Of a stretch of 34,722 nucleotides of DNA, positions 18,420 to 27,349 are shown piece by piece. The stretch comes from Candidatus Nomurabacteria bacterium (GTDB taxonomy: Bacteria > Patescibacteriota > Minisyncoccia > Phycocordibacterales > UBA9973), in NCBI GenBank assembly GCA_943350045.1, contig CALQZW010000003.1:1-34722 (forward strand). Reading direction: 5' to 3'. The notes below the pieces were generated by a model. That model worked only from the letters and a program-made list of their open reading frames with translations. It did no database searches and had not been told where the DNA came from. Made by a program: the position numbers and the translations under genes. How positions within the stretch are numbered: position 1 is the stretch's first letter; each line of letters begins with the position of its first letter.

Positions 18420-19856
18420 CTACATGCGTAGATTCCGTAGAGCCTGCAATCTCTCCTGCTCTTTATCCATGGCATATATGACGTAAAGTCCGGCTCCGAC
18501 GACGACAACGAAACTCATGATGTACGGAATGAGACTTTCAGTGTTTTTCCCTCCGCTCGAAGAAATTTTCTCAAGGGTATTGCCTGAGACCGAGGCCTGC
18601 GCAAGTGGTGTGGCGGTTTCAGAATCCGACAATACGAGTGTCGGCACACTCGATATGCTCTGAACACTCGGCGTCACTTGGGCAGTGACGGCTCCTGACG
18701 GAAGGCGCAGATATATGTCTCCGACCTCACTCACAGAATACCCGAGCACGGATGCAGGAATGCGAATAGTTTTTCCTCCAGCAATGAATGTGCCTTCGGG
18801 TATTTGGTAGAGATGAAGACCAAGGGCGTCGCTAATATTCCAGTACGAAATATTTACATCTCGTGTTTCGCTATTTTTCAAAGACACTGATCCGTCTGTG
18901 TGAGTCGTCATAGAGACGAGTGGGTCGATGACTTCAATCGTGGTTTTTACATGTGCATCCGGATACTGCGAATACCTATTCTTTCTGTAGTACGCAACAA
19001 CGGTATATGTTCCTGAGTACATATATGTGTGAGATATAGTTTCAGCGCTCGATATTTTCACACTCCTCCCATCTCCAAATGCCACTCGGTATTCTCCTCC
19101 GAGTACACTTTCTCCGAAGTGTCCGATGACTGAAAGCTGTATAGGTGTTTCAACTCCAGCAAAGACGAGGCGTGGCGTAGTGATGGAGAGTTTGCCCGGC
19201 TGTGGGTTTTTTACTACCGGCTTTGGTATTGGAATTGTAGTACTCGCAGTATTGGCCTGTACTGCTCCATCGGAGCCTACGACAGTCTGCTCGCCTGTTT
19301 GAGAGCCATCTTCACCTGAGTCATCGTCATTGATTGGAGTAGAGACGGTGGCAACAGTTGCCGAGCCAGGAGTTGGTAGGGCTTCAATCCATACACCAGA
19401 AGCTGACTTTTGCAGACTTGTTCCTGTGTTCGCTCCGCCGATGGTTGGGTCGTACTGGTATTGAGAAAGAGGCTCTTTCTGTCCATTGTTTAATACAATT
19501 ACTTTGCCTGTCGTATTTGTCAGGTCGCTCCACGTACTGTCGATGACGGTCGCAGTTACAGCTGGATAGGCAGTGCGAAATGTTTGGATGTCCTGCACAA
19601 TGACTGCATACTCACCCGGACCGACCATGCCTCCATACTCGGGAGTAAATGAGTGATATGTGCTGGTGAGTCCGTTCATTTGTACAAAGTAATCACTAAT
19701 ATCAACAGGACTCTCTCCGCTGTTGCGAACTTCAATCCACTCCTGCTTGGTATCAGTTCCAACAGGGTTGTACATGACTTCGGTAATTTCAAAACTCGCA
19801 CTGCACACAAATGGGAACAACAAGGAACACGAAAGAATACTTAGTGTTTTAAGCAT
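18420..19856 (-). CDS. Membrane-anchored surface protein with lamin-tail and PKD-like domains
   Basis: Signal peptide; ITEVMYNP..EWIEVRN..VDISDY (LTD); FGDG..SHTY...GTYTV (PKD); second LTD-like segment; C-terminal TM helix. Confidence 0.82.
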   Translation of the reverse strand: MLKTLSILSCSLLFPFVCSASFEITEVMYNPVGTDTKQEWIEVRNSGESPVDISDYFVQMNGLTSTYHSFTPEYGGMVGPGEYAVIVQDIQTFRTAYPAVTATVIDSTWSDLTNTTGKVIVLNNGQKEPLSQYQYDPTIGGANTGTSLQKSASGVWIEALPTPGSATVATVSTPINDDDSGEDGSQTGEQTVVGSDGAVQANTASTTIPIPKPVVKNPQPGKLSITTPRLVFAGVETPIQLSVIGHFGESVLGGEYRVAFGDGRSVKISSAETISHTYMYSGTYTVVAYYRKNRYSQYPDAHVKTTIEVIDPLVSMTTHTDGSVSLKNSETRDVNISYWNISDALGLHLYQIPEGTFIAGGKTIRIPASVLGYSVSEVGDIYLRLPSGAVTAQVTPSVQSISSVPTLVLSDSETATPLAQASVSGNTLEKISSSGGKNTESLIPYIMSFVVVVGAGLYVIYAMDKEQERLQALRNLRM

Positions 19857-19905
19857 GAGGATATGAGAGAAAAAATTGGTAATGAACTAACCGGAAACGG
19901 TATGA

Positions 19906-22230
19906 CTATTCGAGCACGCTTCGAAGAATATCTTCAGGTACTTCACGAATCTTTTTTGGAGCTTCAGGCTGTGGCTGTGGTTCAAATTTTTGCGCAGGGT
20001 TTACTGCAGGAGCTGGTTCTATGGCGGGACCAGAAGCACGTGCGCGAGCGATGGCTTCTGCGAGCGCTGAAACGCGATCAGATGACGCTTCTTTTGCAGT
20101 AAACGTCGTATTTGAAGAACGAGAAGATGGAGTAGTTGGTTCGGAATGCGCAGGCTTGCGGAGTGATGACAGCGAGACCGTCGGAGCCTCTACCTTTTGC
20201 ACTGGTTTCTCGATTGGTTTTTCGACAGGTTTTACGGCAGGCTCGTCAGAGATTTCTGCGTTTTTCTTTTGCTGATATTCGTCGCCTTTCTTCAACGCCT
20301 CGTCGAGAGCTTGTTTAAGAATGTTCTTGAGTCCGTCCTCTTTTTGGAGAATCGGAGCTTTTGGTGCTGGTCGTGGAGCAGGGCGAGGAGCTGGCGCTGT
20401 TGGTCGCGGAGCTGGTGCAACAGGACGTGGAACTGGGCGAGATGCGACAGCTGGCGCAGGAGTAGGAGCTGGAGTTGGAGTTGGTGTAGGAGTAGGAGCC
20501 GGCTGTGGTTGTGAAGCTGGTGTTGGAGTAGGTGCAGGCGCTGGTTGTGCCTGTGGCTGTGGTTCTGGCTGTGGCGCTGGCGCTGGAGTATACACAGGCT
20601 CTGGAGCAGTTACTGGAGCCTCGGCAACCACAGGCGTTGGGGCTTCAGCAGGCTTGGCTTCTATAGCAGGAGCTGAAGCTTCGGCAGGTTTTTCTGCCGG
20701 CTTCTCTACTGGTTTTGGTACACGTACGGGCTTGAGCTCGCCAGACTTAATCTTTGCGATACACTCACGACAGTACACTGGACGGCCTGGCTCTGGTTCA
20801 AATGGAACAAATGTTTCCTTTCCACATGCAGAACAGACTGCCTTAAACTTCCCTTCTCCTTCTTTCTCTTTTCCATCTCCGCCGGCTGCATCACCTCCAC
20901 TACGAGACTTTTCCATCATTCCACTCCATGCAGAAATTTCTTTCTCAACGTCTTCGCGTGGCTTTGCGTACAATCGGCGTGATGATTCAATAATCTGCTC
21001 GGCAACGTCACTGTCGGTAACAACTTTAAATGGCGGAAGTGTGAGCGCAGAAAACGGACGTGACGTAATACCGTCTACCATGAGTTTGAGGTAGGCGTTG
21101 TAGTTTGGGAGGTTTACGAGGTCTTCGATTTCAAATTCTGGCTCGAATTCTTTTTCCAAAAACTCTGCGTCGGCCGCTCCAATACGGAACACAATCATTG
21201 TTCCAACGTTTCCGAACACTGCATCACGAACTGAGTCTGAATCTTTTGTGACGAGCTGAGCAATGTACTGGTGAGCAATAGTGAGGTTGAGTCGGTACTT
21301 TCGGGCCTCAGACAAAATGGAAGCGAAAGATTCAGTAACGAAGTTTTGGAACTCGTCCACGTACAAGTAAAAGTCCTTACGCTGGTCTTCTGGAATACGC
21401 ACGCGCTCCATTGCGGCGAGCTGCATTTTCGTGATGAGCATTCCTCCGAGCAGTGCTGAGTTGTCTTCTCCAATGCGTCCCTTTGAAACGTTCACAAGAA
21501 AGATTTTTCCCGAGTTCATGGCATCGAAAATATCGATGGTTGATTCTGCTTGTCCAAGAACGTTTCGCACCATTGAGGTAGAGAGAAACTGCCCCACTTT
21601 GTTTTGAATTGGAGCGATGGCTTCATTTCGGTACTGATCACGCCATGTTTCGTATTCGTTAATCCAAAACGAGCGGATAACAGGGTCTTTTACATTTACG
21701 AGAATCTCGGCACGATAGTCTTTATCGACGAGCAGGCGTGGAATACCAAGAAGCGTTGACCCAGGGGTATCAAGAAGAGCCAGAATACAGTTATTGAGAA
21801 TGTATTCCATTCGGGCACTCCATGCATTTGCCCAAATCTTGGTAAAGATTCCCATAAGCCCGGAAGCCACAAGGTGCTTATATTTCAGGTCGGCAATTTG
21901 CAATACATTAAATCCGATATGGTAGTCCTGATCGGCTGGGTTGAAATATATGACGTCTTTTACACGCTCTGGTGGAATAGTTGCAAGCACGGATTCTACG
22001 AGCTCTCCGTGCGGGTCTACAACGGCAAGTCCTTCGCCGTTAGCGATATTTTGCACGATCATGTTTGCAAGAAGCGCAGATTTACCCGTTCCGGATTTTC
22101 CGAGAATGTAGACATGCTGACGACGGTCACGACGCTTGATACCGAACACTTGAAATTGATTGCGAAAATTTGTTTTCGCAAGATACGTTATATCTTTATT
22201 GTAGTTAACTCCCTCGGGGAGGATATTCAT
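19906..22230 (-). CDS. VirD4/TraG-like (type IV coupling protein/HerA-FtsK) ATPase with CxxC-x17-CxxC domain and Pro-rich tail
   Basis: HVYILGKSGTGKS, VDPHGE, LYVDEFQNF, SEARKY, AHQYIAQL; CSAC-x17-CREC; long P/A/T/E linker. Confidence 0.88.
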   Translation of the reverse strand: MNILPEGVNYNKDITYLAKTNFRNQFQVFGIKRRDRRQHVYILGKSGTGKSALLANMIVQNIANGEGLAVVDPHGELVESVLATIPPERVKDVIYFNPADQDYHIGFNVLQIADLKYKHLVASGLMGIFTKIWANAWSARMEYILNNCILALLDTPGSTLLGIPRLLVDKDYRAEILVNVKDPVIRSFWINEYETWRDQYRNEAIAPIQNKVGQFLSTSMVRNVLGQAESTIDIFDAMNSGKIFLVNVSKGRIGEDNSALLGGMLITKMQLAAMERVRIPEDQRKDFYLYVDEFQNFVTESFASILSEARKYRLNLTIAHQYIAQLVTKDSDSVRDAVFGNVGTMIVFRIGAADAEFLEKEFEPEFEIEDLVNLPNYNAYLKLMVDGITSRPFSALTLPPFKVVTDSDVAEQIIESSRRLYAKPREDVEKEISAWSGMMEKSRSGGDAAGGDGKEKEGEGKFKAVCSACGKETFVPFEPEPGRPVYCRECIAKIKSGELKPVRVPKPVEKPAEKPAEASAPAIEAKPAEAPTPVVAEAPVTAPEPVYTPAPAPQPEPQPQAQPAPAPTPTPASQPQPAPTPTPTPTPAPTPAPAVASRPVPRPVAPAPRPTAPAPRPAPRPAPKAPILQKEDGLKNILKQALDEALKKGDEYQQKKNAEISDEPAVKPVEKPIEKPVQKVEAPTVSLSSLRKPAHSEPTTPSSRSSNTTFTAKEASSDRVSALAEAIARARASGPAIEPAPAVNPAQKFEPQPQPEAPKKIREVPEDILRSVLE

Positions 22231-22306
22231 ATATCAAAGTATATCAAATTTTATTCAGCATAGCGAAAGCTGGATACATAAAATCGAAAAAAATCTTAAA
22301 ATAAAA

Positions 22307-23536
22307 TTAAAGCGTATACCCCATCGCGCTGGCAATGCGTTCCATGGCGACAATAAAGGCACTGCGACGCAGGTCGGTCTTTAGGCTCACAGCTTTTTCA
22401 TGCACTACGCGCGATTCTCGCATGAGAATATTCTTGAGTTTCGTATTCACATCTTCTTCACTCCAGTGCTCGCTACTGAGGTTTTGTTGCCACTCAAATG
22501 TAGAGACGGTCACACCTCCGGCGTTCGCCAAGATATCTGGCACGACGGGAATATGTTTTGCAAAAAGAATCTCGTCGGCTTCTGGAGTAATTGGGCCGTT
22601 GGCGAGTTCGAGAATGAACTTGGCTTGTACTCTATCTGCGTTCTCTGCAGTGATCTGGTTTTCAAGAGCGGCAGGAATAAGTACGTCACATAGAAGCTCA
22701 AGCAGTGCTTCATTTGAAATGTCGCGTGAACCAGGAAAGCCTGAGAGTGTTCCGTGCTCTTTTTTCCAGGCTTCGAGCGCTCCAATATCGATTCCGTCTT
22801 CTTTTACGATGCCTCCTTTTGAGTCAGAGGTTGCAATTACTTTGTATCCATTTTTTGAAAAAATTTCTCCTGCATGTCCACCAACATTTCCGAATCCTTG
22901 AATAACGACAGTGGCTCCATTTGGAACGGAGTAGAACTCTCGGAGTGTTTCAAACACATAGTATCCTCCGAGTCCTGTTGCTGCGCCACGCCCCTCAGAA
23001 CCGCCAAGCTCAATTGGCTTGCCGGTAAATGTCGCACGTGTTGTATCCCCTGAGATTTTTGCGAACTCGTCTACCATCCACCCCATGATTTCAGGAGTAG
23101 TATTTACATCCGGAGCTGGAACGTCTTTTTTGGGTCCAAGTACGTCGGCCATGCCTCGCACCCAGCCACGAGAGATTTTCTCGAGTTCTGTTTTAGAAAG
23201 TTTCTTTGGGTCAACAGTGATTCCACCCTTTCCTCCACCCATCGGAATATTTACCACTGCACATTTAAGCGCCATCCAAAACGCCAACGCTTTTACTTCG
23301 TGAATGTCGGCATTCTGGTGGTAGCGGATACCGCCTTTGTACGGCCCACGCGCGTTGTTAAACTGCACGCGATATCCTTCATATACTTCAAGTCGCCCGT
23401 CGTCCATTACAACGGGAATACTGATACGGACTTCACGCATCGGCACTGAGAGTTGTTTCAAAAACTGTTCTGGGAATGCCTGAACTTTCTGTGCACGAGC
23501 GAGCTGACTGAGGGCGTTTTCGAATGGATTATTCAT
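22307..23536 (-). CDS. gdhA: Glu/Leu/Phe/Val (glutamate) dehydrogenase
   Basis: RGPYKGGIRYH, GGGKGG, VPAPDVNT, QGFGNVG, ELANGP, PDILANAGGV. Confidence 0.95.
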   Translation of the reverse strand: MNNPFENALSQLARAQKVQAFPEQFLKQLSVPMREVRISIPVVMDDGRLEVYEGYRVQFNNARGPYKGGIRYHQNADIHEVKALAFWMALKCAVVNIPMGGGKGGITVDPKKLSKTELEKISRGWVRGMADVLGPKKDVPAPDVNTTPEIMGWMVDEFAKISGDTTRATFTGKPIELGGSEGRGAATGLGGYYVFETLREFYSVPNGATVVIQGFGNVGGHAGEIFSKNGYKVIATSDSKGGIVKEDGIDIGALEAWKKEHGTLSGFPGSRDISNEALLELLCDVLIPAALENQITAENADRVQAKFILELANGPITPEADEILFAKHIPVVPDILANAGGVTVSTFEWQQNLSSEHWSEEDVNTKLKNILMRESRVVHEKAVSLKTDLRRSAFIVAMERIASAMGYTL

Positions 23537-23553
23537 ATGCGTAATTGGTTACA

Positions 23554-24411
23554 TTAGAATGGAATAGTATCGGACGACTTTGATTTTGAAGCGAGTTTCT
23601 TTTTTAGTGATCGCTTGCCAGCTTCGAGGCGCTGAATCTTTCTCGAGAGCTGATGCACGCGAATGGCCAGAAGGATAATACAGATGATGAGTATCAAGAA
23701 GGCGCTCCCACCATAGAGAACATATCTATCTGAAAGAAGTGTGATAAACGAGAATCGCGGGGCTTTTTGTGGAGCTGGTTCGCTTTGAGTTGAAATAGGA
23801 ACTTCAGGCTCAGGAACTATCGGCGTTGGCTCTATCGGAGCCGGCTCGATTGGCTTAGGCTCAGGTGGAGCAGTTTCTTTTGGTTTCTCAGTCTCTATCG
23901 GAGCCGGTAGAAGCGTAAAGCTTGCAGAGCCGAGGGCATTTGTAATGTCACTTCCCTCTCCATCATTTGCTAAAATGAGACCATTTGAAAACTTCACCAT
24001 AGCAACGCCCTCTTTCTTTACTCGAAACGTAACAGTGAATACAGTTCGTGGAGCACCTTGATATCCAGAGAGTGAAATTCCTTCAAAACGTATACTACCC
24101 GACCCCGGTGTGTAAATTGGACCGTCAGCTCCTGGCGGTAGCCAGTTTGTTAGAAGTGAGCCAGACTTACTTACTGAAACAACAGAGAGAAGGTCTGCGG
24201 GATATGAAAGCGTTCCGCTAATTGCGTTCAGCGGAGCTGAATAGCTTGAGGCACGCACTGTTACAGAAAATGTTTTTCCTTCAGTGTATGATCCTGTTGC
24301 AGGAAACACAGAAAGCATAGCCGCCTGAGATATCTGCGGAAAGAAAAACAGCAGTGCAAGAAAAAGACTACTTGCTACTTTTTTCGCATGAGCTTTTGTA
24401 TGGACTTCCAT
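23554..24411 (-). CDS. Cohesin-domain protein with Pro-rich stalk and C-terminal membrane anchor
   Basis: Signal peptide; GKTFSVTV..LNAISGTLSYPADLLSVVSV..IRFEG..VFTVTFRVKKEGVA.VKF...ANDGEG; PIEP stalk; TM helix and basic tail. Confidence 0.8.
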   Translation of the reverse strand: MEVHTKAHAKKVASSLFLALLFFFPQISQAAMLSVFPATGSYTEGKTFSVTVRASSYSAPLNAISGTLSYPADLLSVVSVSKSGSLLTNWLPPGADGPIYTPGSGSIRFEGISLSGYQGAPRTVFTVTFRVKKEGVAMVKFSNGLILANDGEGSDITNALGSASFTLLPAPIETEKPKETAPPEPKPIEPAPIEPTPIVPEPEVPISTQSEPAPQKAPRFSFITLLSDRYVLYGGSAFLILIICIILLAIRVHQLSRKIQRLEAGKRSLKKKLASKSKSSDTIPF

Positions 24412-25292
24412 CTATATATAAGTATCGCACAAAGAATAAGAAGAGCAACGCCCAAAAGGAGAGGAAATACGGGGATTGAAGATTTCTGCAAAGCCTCTGG
24501 TATTTCGGCTTCAGCAAGACGCTGATTGCCGGCGCGATCAAAGGCTCTCACGGAAACAGAAGAGAGTTTCTTTTGGTTTTTTAGCACGTACGGGCTCGTT
24601 GTGCGTACCCACTCTCCGTTGTTCTCTCGCACTTCATAGTACACGATTCCTCCACCGAGGTCTTTTGTCGTAAACACAACGACATATGCGCCGTCAAAAA
24701 GTAGCTCGTCAGTGACAATTACAGGAGTAAATGGAAGCGGTGCCTCAGTGTCTGTCGGGCGAGTAATTACCGTACTCGTACTACTCGTTGCGTTCAGTGA
24801 GAGAGCAGAATACGTCACGGCGACGCGTGTGCCACTGCCATCGTTTCGATATACTTCGGGATTTTTAGCGGAAATTGAAATTGGACCAGTTGTCTTTGGG
24901 ATAAAATATAGACGAATCAGCGAGCCCGGAGCACGGCTTGTCGTATCAAATGGGTCAATATATCCGTTAAAGCCTCCAGGAATAATTCCAGAAAATGAAA
25001 GCTCTCCGGCAGTTTTTTCTGTTGGGTTCTCTACCCAGAGTGGAATAATAGACTGCCCTTCGTTGCTATACGCATAGGACACTGTCTCGGGAAACGTAAT
25101 CGTTAACCCAGCAGTGTTTACGGATTCACCTTGCGTATCCAGATATACGTCGACATAAAACTCTTGTCCAACGGAAACTTCGCGCGAAGATGGAACGAAA
25201 GAAATCTGCGCGGCAAAAACACTCTGCGGTGTATAGATATATACAAAACAGAGACTGAGCACAATGAATGATGTTCGAAAAAAATTCTTCAT
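24375..25292 (-). CDS. Cohesin-domain protein with second Ig-like domain and C-terminal membrane anchor
   Basis: Signal peptide; VGQEFYVDVYLDT..VNTA..ITFP..LSFSGIIPGGF..LIRLYF..NDGSGT; DTEAPLPF..VRAFDRAGN; TM helix. Start placed at ATG 25292. Confidence 0.8.
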   Translation of the reverse strand: MKNFFRTSFIVLSLCFVYIYTPQSVFAAQISFVPSSREVSVGQEFYVDVYLDTQGESVNTAGLTITFPETVSYAYSNEGQSIIPLWVENPTEKTAGELSFSGIIPGGFNGYIDPFDTTSRAPGSLIRLYFIPKTTGPISISAKNPEVYRNDGSGTRVAVTYSALSLNATSSTSTVITRPTDTEAPLPFTPVIVTDELLFDGAYVVVFTTKDLGGGIVYYEVRENNGEWVRTTSPYVLKNQKKLSSVSVRAFDRAGNQRLAEAEIPEALQKSSIPVFPLLLGVALLILCAILIYRWKSIQKLMRKK

Positions 25293-25296
25293 ATAA

Positions 25297-26214
25297 TTAT
25301 CCTGTCCAGTAATACGCGAGAATACTAAAATCAACTAAGTTTACTTTTCCGTCAGTATTAAGGTCTACTTTTGTCGGAGGAGTTCGCTTGTTGTACCAAA
25401 ACGCCAAGATAGAGTAGTCGACGATGTTTACTTTATAGTCACAGTTGAGGTCCCCCTTTCCTCCACCACAATATTTTTTCGCCTCAACATTTTTGTCACC
25501 GACGGCAAATTGCACTGGGCGTCCATACTCACTGGCTTCTCCCGGAAGCACTGCCTTGGCTTTTGCCTCATGGCCCCCTATTTCAAGTGGAGATGTGTCG
25601 AGCGTATACACATATGCACCCACTGCGTCCGTCTCTACAGAATGAAATGATTCAAACTCTGAATGCACTGAGATAACGACAGTACTCTCTGGAAGACTTT
25701 GTCCGAAGATTATCAAATTGTCACCCTGACGCACTTCGGACTTGTCGACGTCGATTGTCGGAGAAATGAATATTCCAGATACGTCTACCGTTGTTCCACT
25801 TCTAATTATGAGCGGAAAAGAAAAGTTTTCAGAACGACGGCCAGCCGAGTCTTCTCCATAGACAGTAAAGGTGTAGCTTCCTGCAGTCACGCTCGTAAAC
25901 GATACGGAAAAGCGAGCATCTGGACCTGCAATAGTAGTCACAGCAAGAGCTCCGTCTTGGAGAATGGATACGCGAGAGAGCGGATAGGCGCGTCCGCTAA
26001 AGTTTACGATAGTTGTAGGTCCAGGGAATCCACCACCTCCTCCACCTCCCCCTCCTCCTCCACCACCACCCCCAGGAGTGCCTGGCGGGTTTACCACTGC
26101 AGAGATTGTGAGTCCAGTGCTCAGGTCTACTGTTTGAGCACTCGCAGGGAAAAATCCTCCGAAAGATCCGGAAGCAAGAAGCGATAGTGTGAGCAAGAGC
26201 GATCGTAGTTTCAT
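25297..26214 (-). CDS. Secreted protein with Gly15 linker, Ig-like domains and C-terminal dockerin
   Basis: Signal peptide; duplicated Ca-binding loops GDLNCDYKVNIVDYSIL and VDLNTDGKVNLVDFSIL; no TM anchor. Start placed at ATG 26214. Confidence 0.85.
   Translation of the reverse strand: MKLRSLLLTLSLLASGSFGGFFPASAQTVDLSTGLTISAVVNPPGTPGGGGGGGGGGGGGGGFPGPTTIVNFSGRAYPLSRVSILQDGALAVTTIAGPDARFSVSFTSVTAGSYTFTVYGEDSAGRRSENFSFPLIIRSGTTVDVSGIFISPTIDVDKSEVRQGDNLIIFGQSLPESTVVISVHSEFESFHSVETDAVGAYVYTLDTSPLEIGGHEAKAKAVLPGEASEYGRPVQFAVGDKNVEAKKYCGGGKGDLNCDYKVNIVDYSILAFWYNKRTPPTKVDLNTDGKVNLVDFSILAYYWTG
26029..26073 (-). repeat. Poly-glycine tract (15 GGN codons)
   Basis: Counted directly; mixed GGA/GGT/GGG codons. 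Confidence 0.95.
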
Positions 26215-26224
26215 AGAGTAACGC

Positions 26225-26252
26225 ACGAAACCCCTTTTTCTCGGGGTTTCGT
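26225..26252. other. Intergenic stem-loop inside the surface operon
   Basis: ACGAAACCCC-N8-GGGGTTTCGT; no U-tract in the coding (-) direction. Confidence 0.7.
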
Positions 26253-26257
26253 TTTCT

Positions 26258-27346
26258 TTATTTCTTTTCCTTTTTAGCTACTACTTTCTTTACTGGGCGA
26301 AGTACGCGGTGCACGATGGATCGTTTTTTCTGTGCATGCATTTCTTCGAACATTTCTTCTGCGCGCTCAATAACCCATTTGTTGTAATGACGGATACTCA
26401 TGCGGACAAGGAAGAAAATGAGTGTTGAGATGACAAGAATGATGAGGAGTAACTGCCACGGAAGAACCCAGAATGAAAACTTTGCACTCGTTGTTTCTTT
26501 CTGAAATCCGTACGCAAGTTCAAGGTGCGCAACATATCGTCCGACTGCAAAGTTACGCCACTGATACTTCGCTTCATTAAAAAATCCACTGTGTTCTACA
26601 GGTTGTGCAGGATTTGGAATATCTTTTCCAACCCACGCAGTTTCAAAACGTCGAGTACTGCGCGGAAGAATGTTTCCGTCGGCAGGGTTGCCCGGAACTT
26701 CTTTTGCAGTAAACCCAAGAAGGTTCTTAATCTTTACGAGACCGACTGGCTTGATGCGGTCACTACCAGCATTTTCAAAACGGTATGTAAAATCAACTGG
26801 AAGCGCAGTATAAAATGTCTTTTTACCGACAGTAGCAAAATCTACGATTCCTCCTTTTTCACTAATTGGACCTGAGACGGAAAGAAGTACAAGAAGTCCT
26901 GTTTTTGCTCCAATAGAGACCTGCCCTGCTCCACTACTCTGTGGCGTAGTTCCCCAAAAGATTGCTCCGAAATGTCCTCCCGCAGATGCATCAGCCGGCA
27001 CTGAAACAGTGAACGGAACTGTTTTTGAAGACTTTGGTGCAATTACGATTTTTTCCGCAGCCTGCATCCATGTTCCGATTCCATCTTTTGGCTCAACAAA
27101 GGCTGGATTACCACTCTCTCCCTGAGCTTCAAAGTTTGCATATGAGATATAGAACGTTTCAGTTGTTGGACGCTCGTTATACAGAGTAACTTCTTCAGTA
27201 AGTGTCTGGCCTGGGTCAGCCTGAAGTTCAAGACGAATAGGAGTAAGAGTGAGCGCGTTCGCAGAGGCAGTAATGCTCAAGAAAAAAAGACTCGCGAGTA
27301 CGATTTTTCCCAGAAATGTTCGAGTGAAATGTGCGAGTATATTCAT
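26258..27346 (-). CDS. DUF916/WxL-interacting-like (PapD-fold-like) membrane-anchored chaperone
   Basis: Signal peptide; LTLTPIRLELQADPGQT...VTLYN, VPFTVSVPADASAGGHFGAI, RFENAG..IKPVG, GNILPRSTRRF, GRYVAHLELAYG, FWVLPW followed by a TM helix. Confidence 0.75.
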   Translation of the reverse strand: MNILAHFTRTFLGKIVLASLFFLSITASANALTLTPIRLELQADPGQTLTEEVTLYNERPTTETFYISYANFEAQGESGNPAFVEPKDGIGTWMQAAEKIVIAPKSSKTVPFTVSVPADASAGGHFGAIFWGTTPQSSGAGQVSIGAKTGLLVLLSVSGPISEKGGIVDFATVGKKTFYTALPVDFTYRFENAGSDRIKPVGLVKIKNLLGFTAKEVPGNPADGNILPRSTRRFETAWVGKDIPNPAQPVEHSGFFNEAKYQWRNFAVGRYVAHLELAYGFQKETTSAKFSFWVLPWQLLLIILVISTLIFFLVRMSIRHYNKWVIERAEEMFEEMHAQKKRSIVHRVLRPVKKVVAKKEKK

Positions 27347-27349
27347 ATA

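Noticed and set aside
20321-21094. 257-aa Gly/Ala-rich + strand ORF that looks silk/elastin-like
   Set aside because: Antisense shadow of the Pro/Ala/Thr-rich tail of the VirD4-like gene.
23554-26214. True cellulosome
   Set aside because: No glycoside hydrolase, CBM or multi-cohesin scaffoldin is recognisable in the window.
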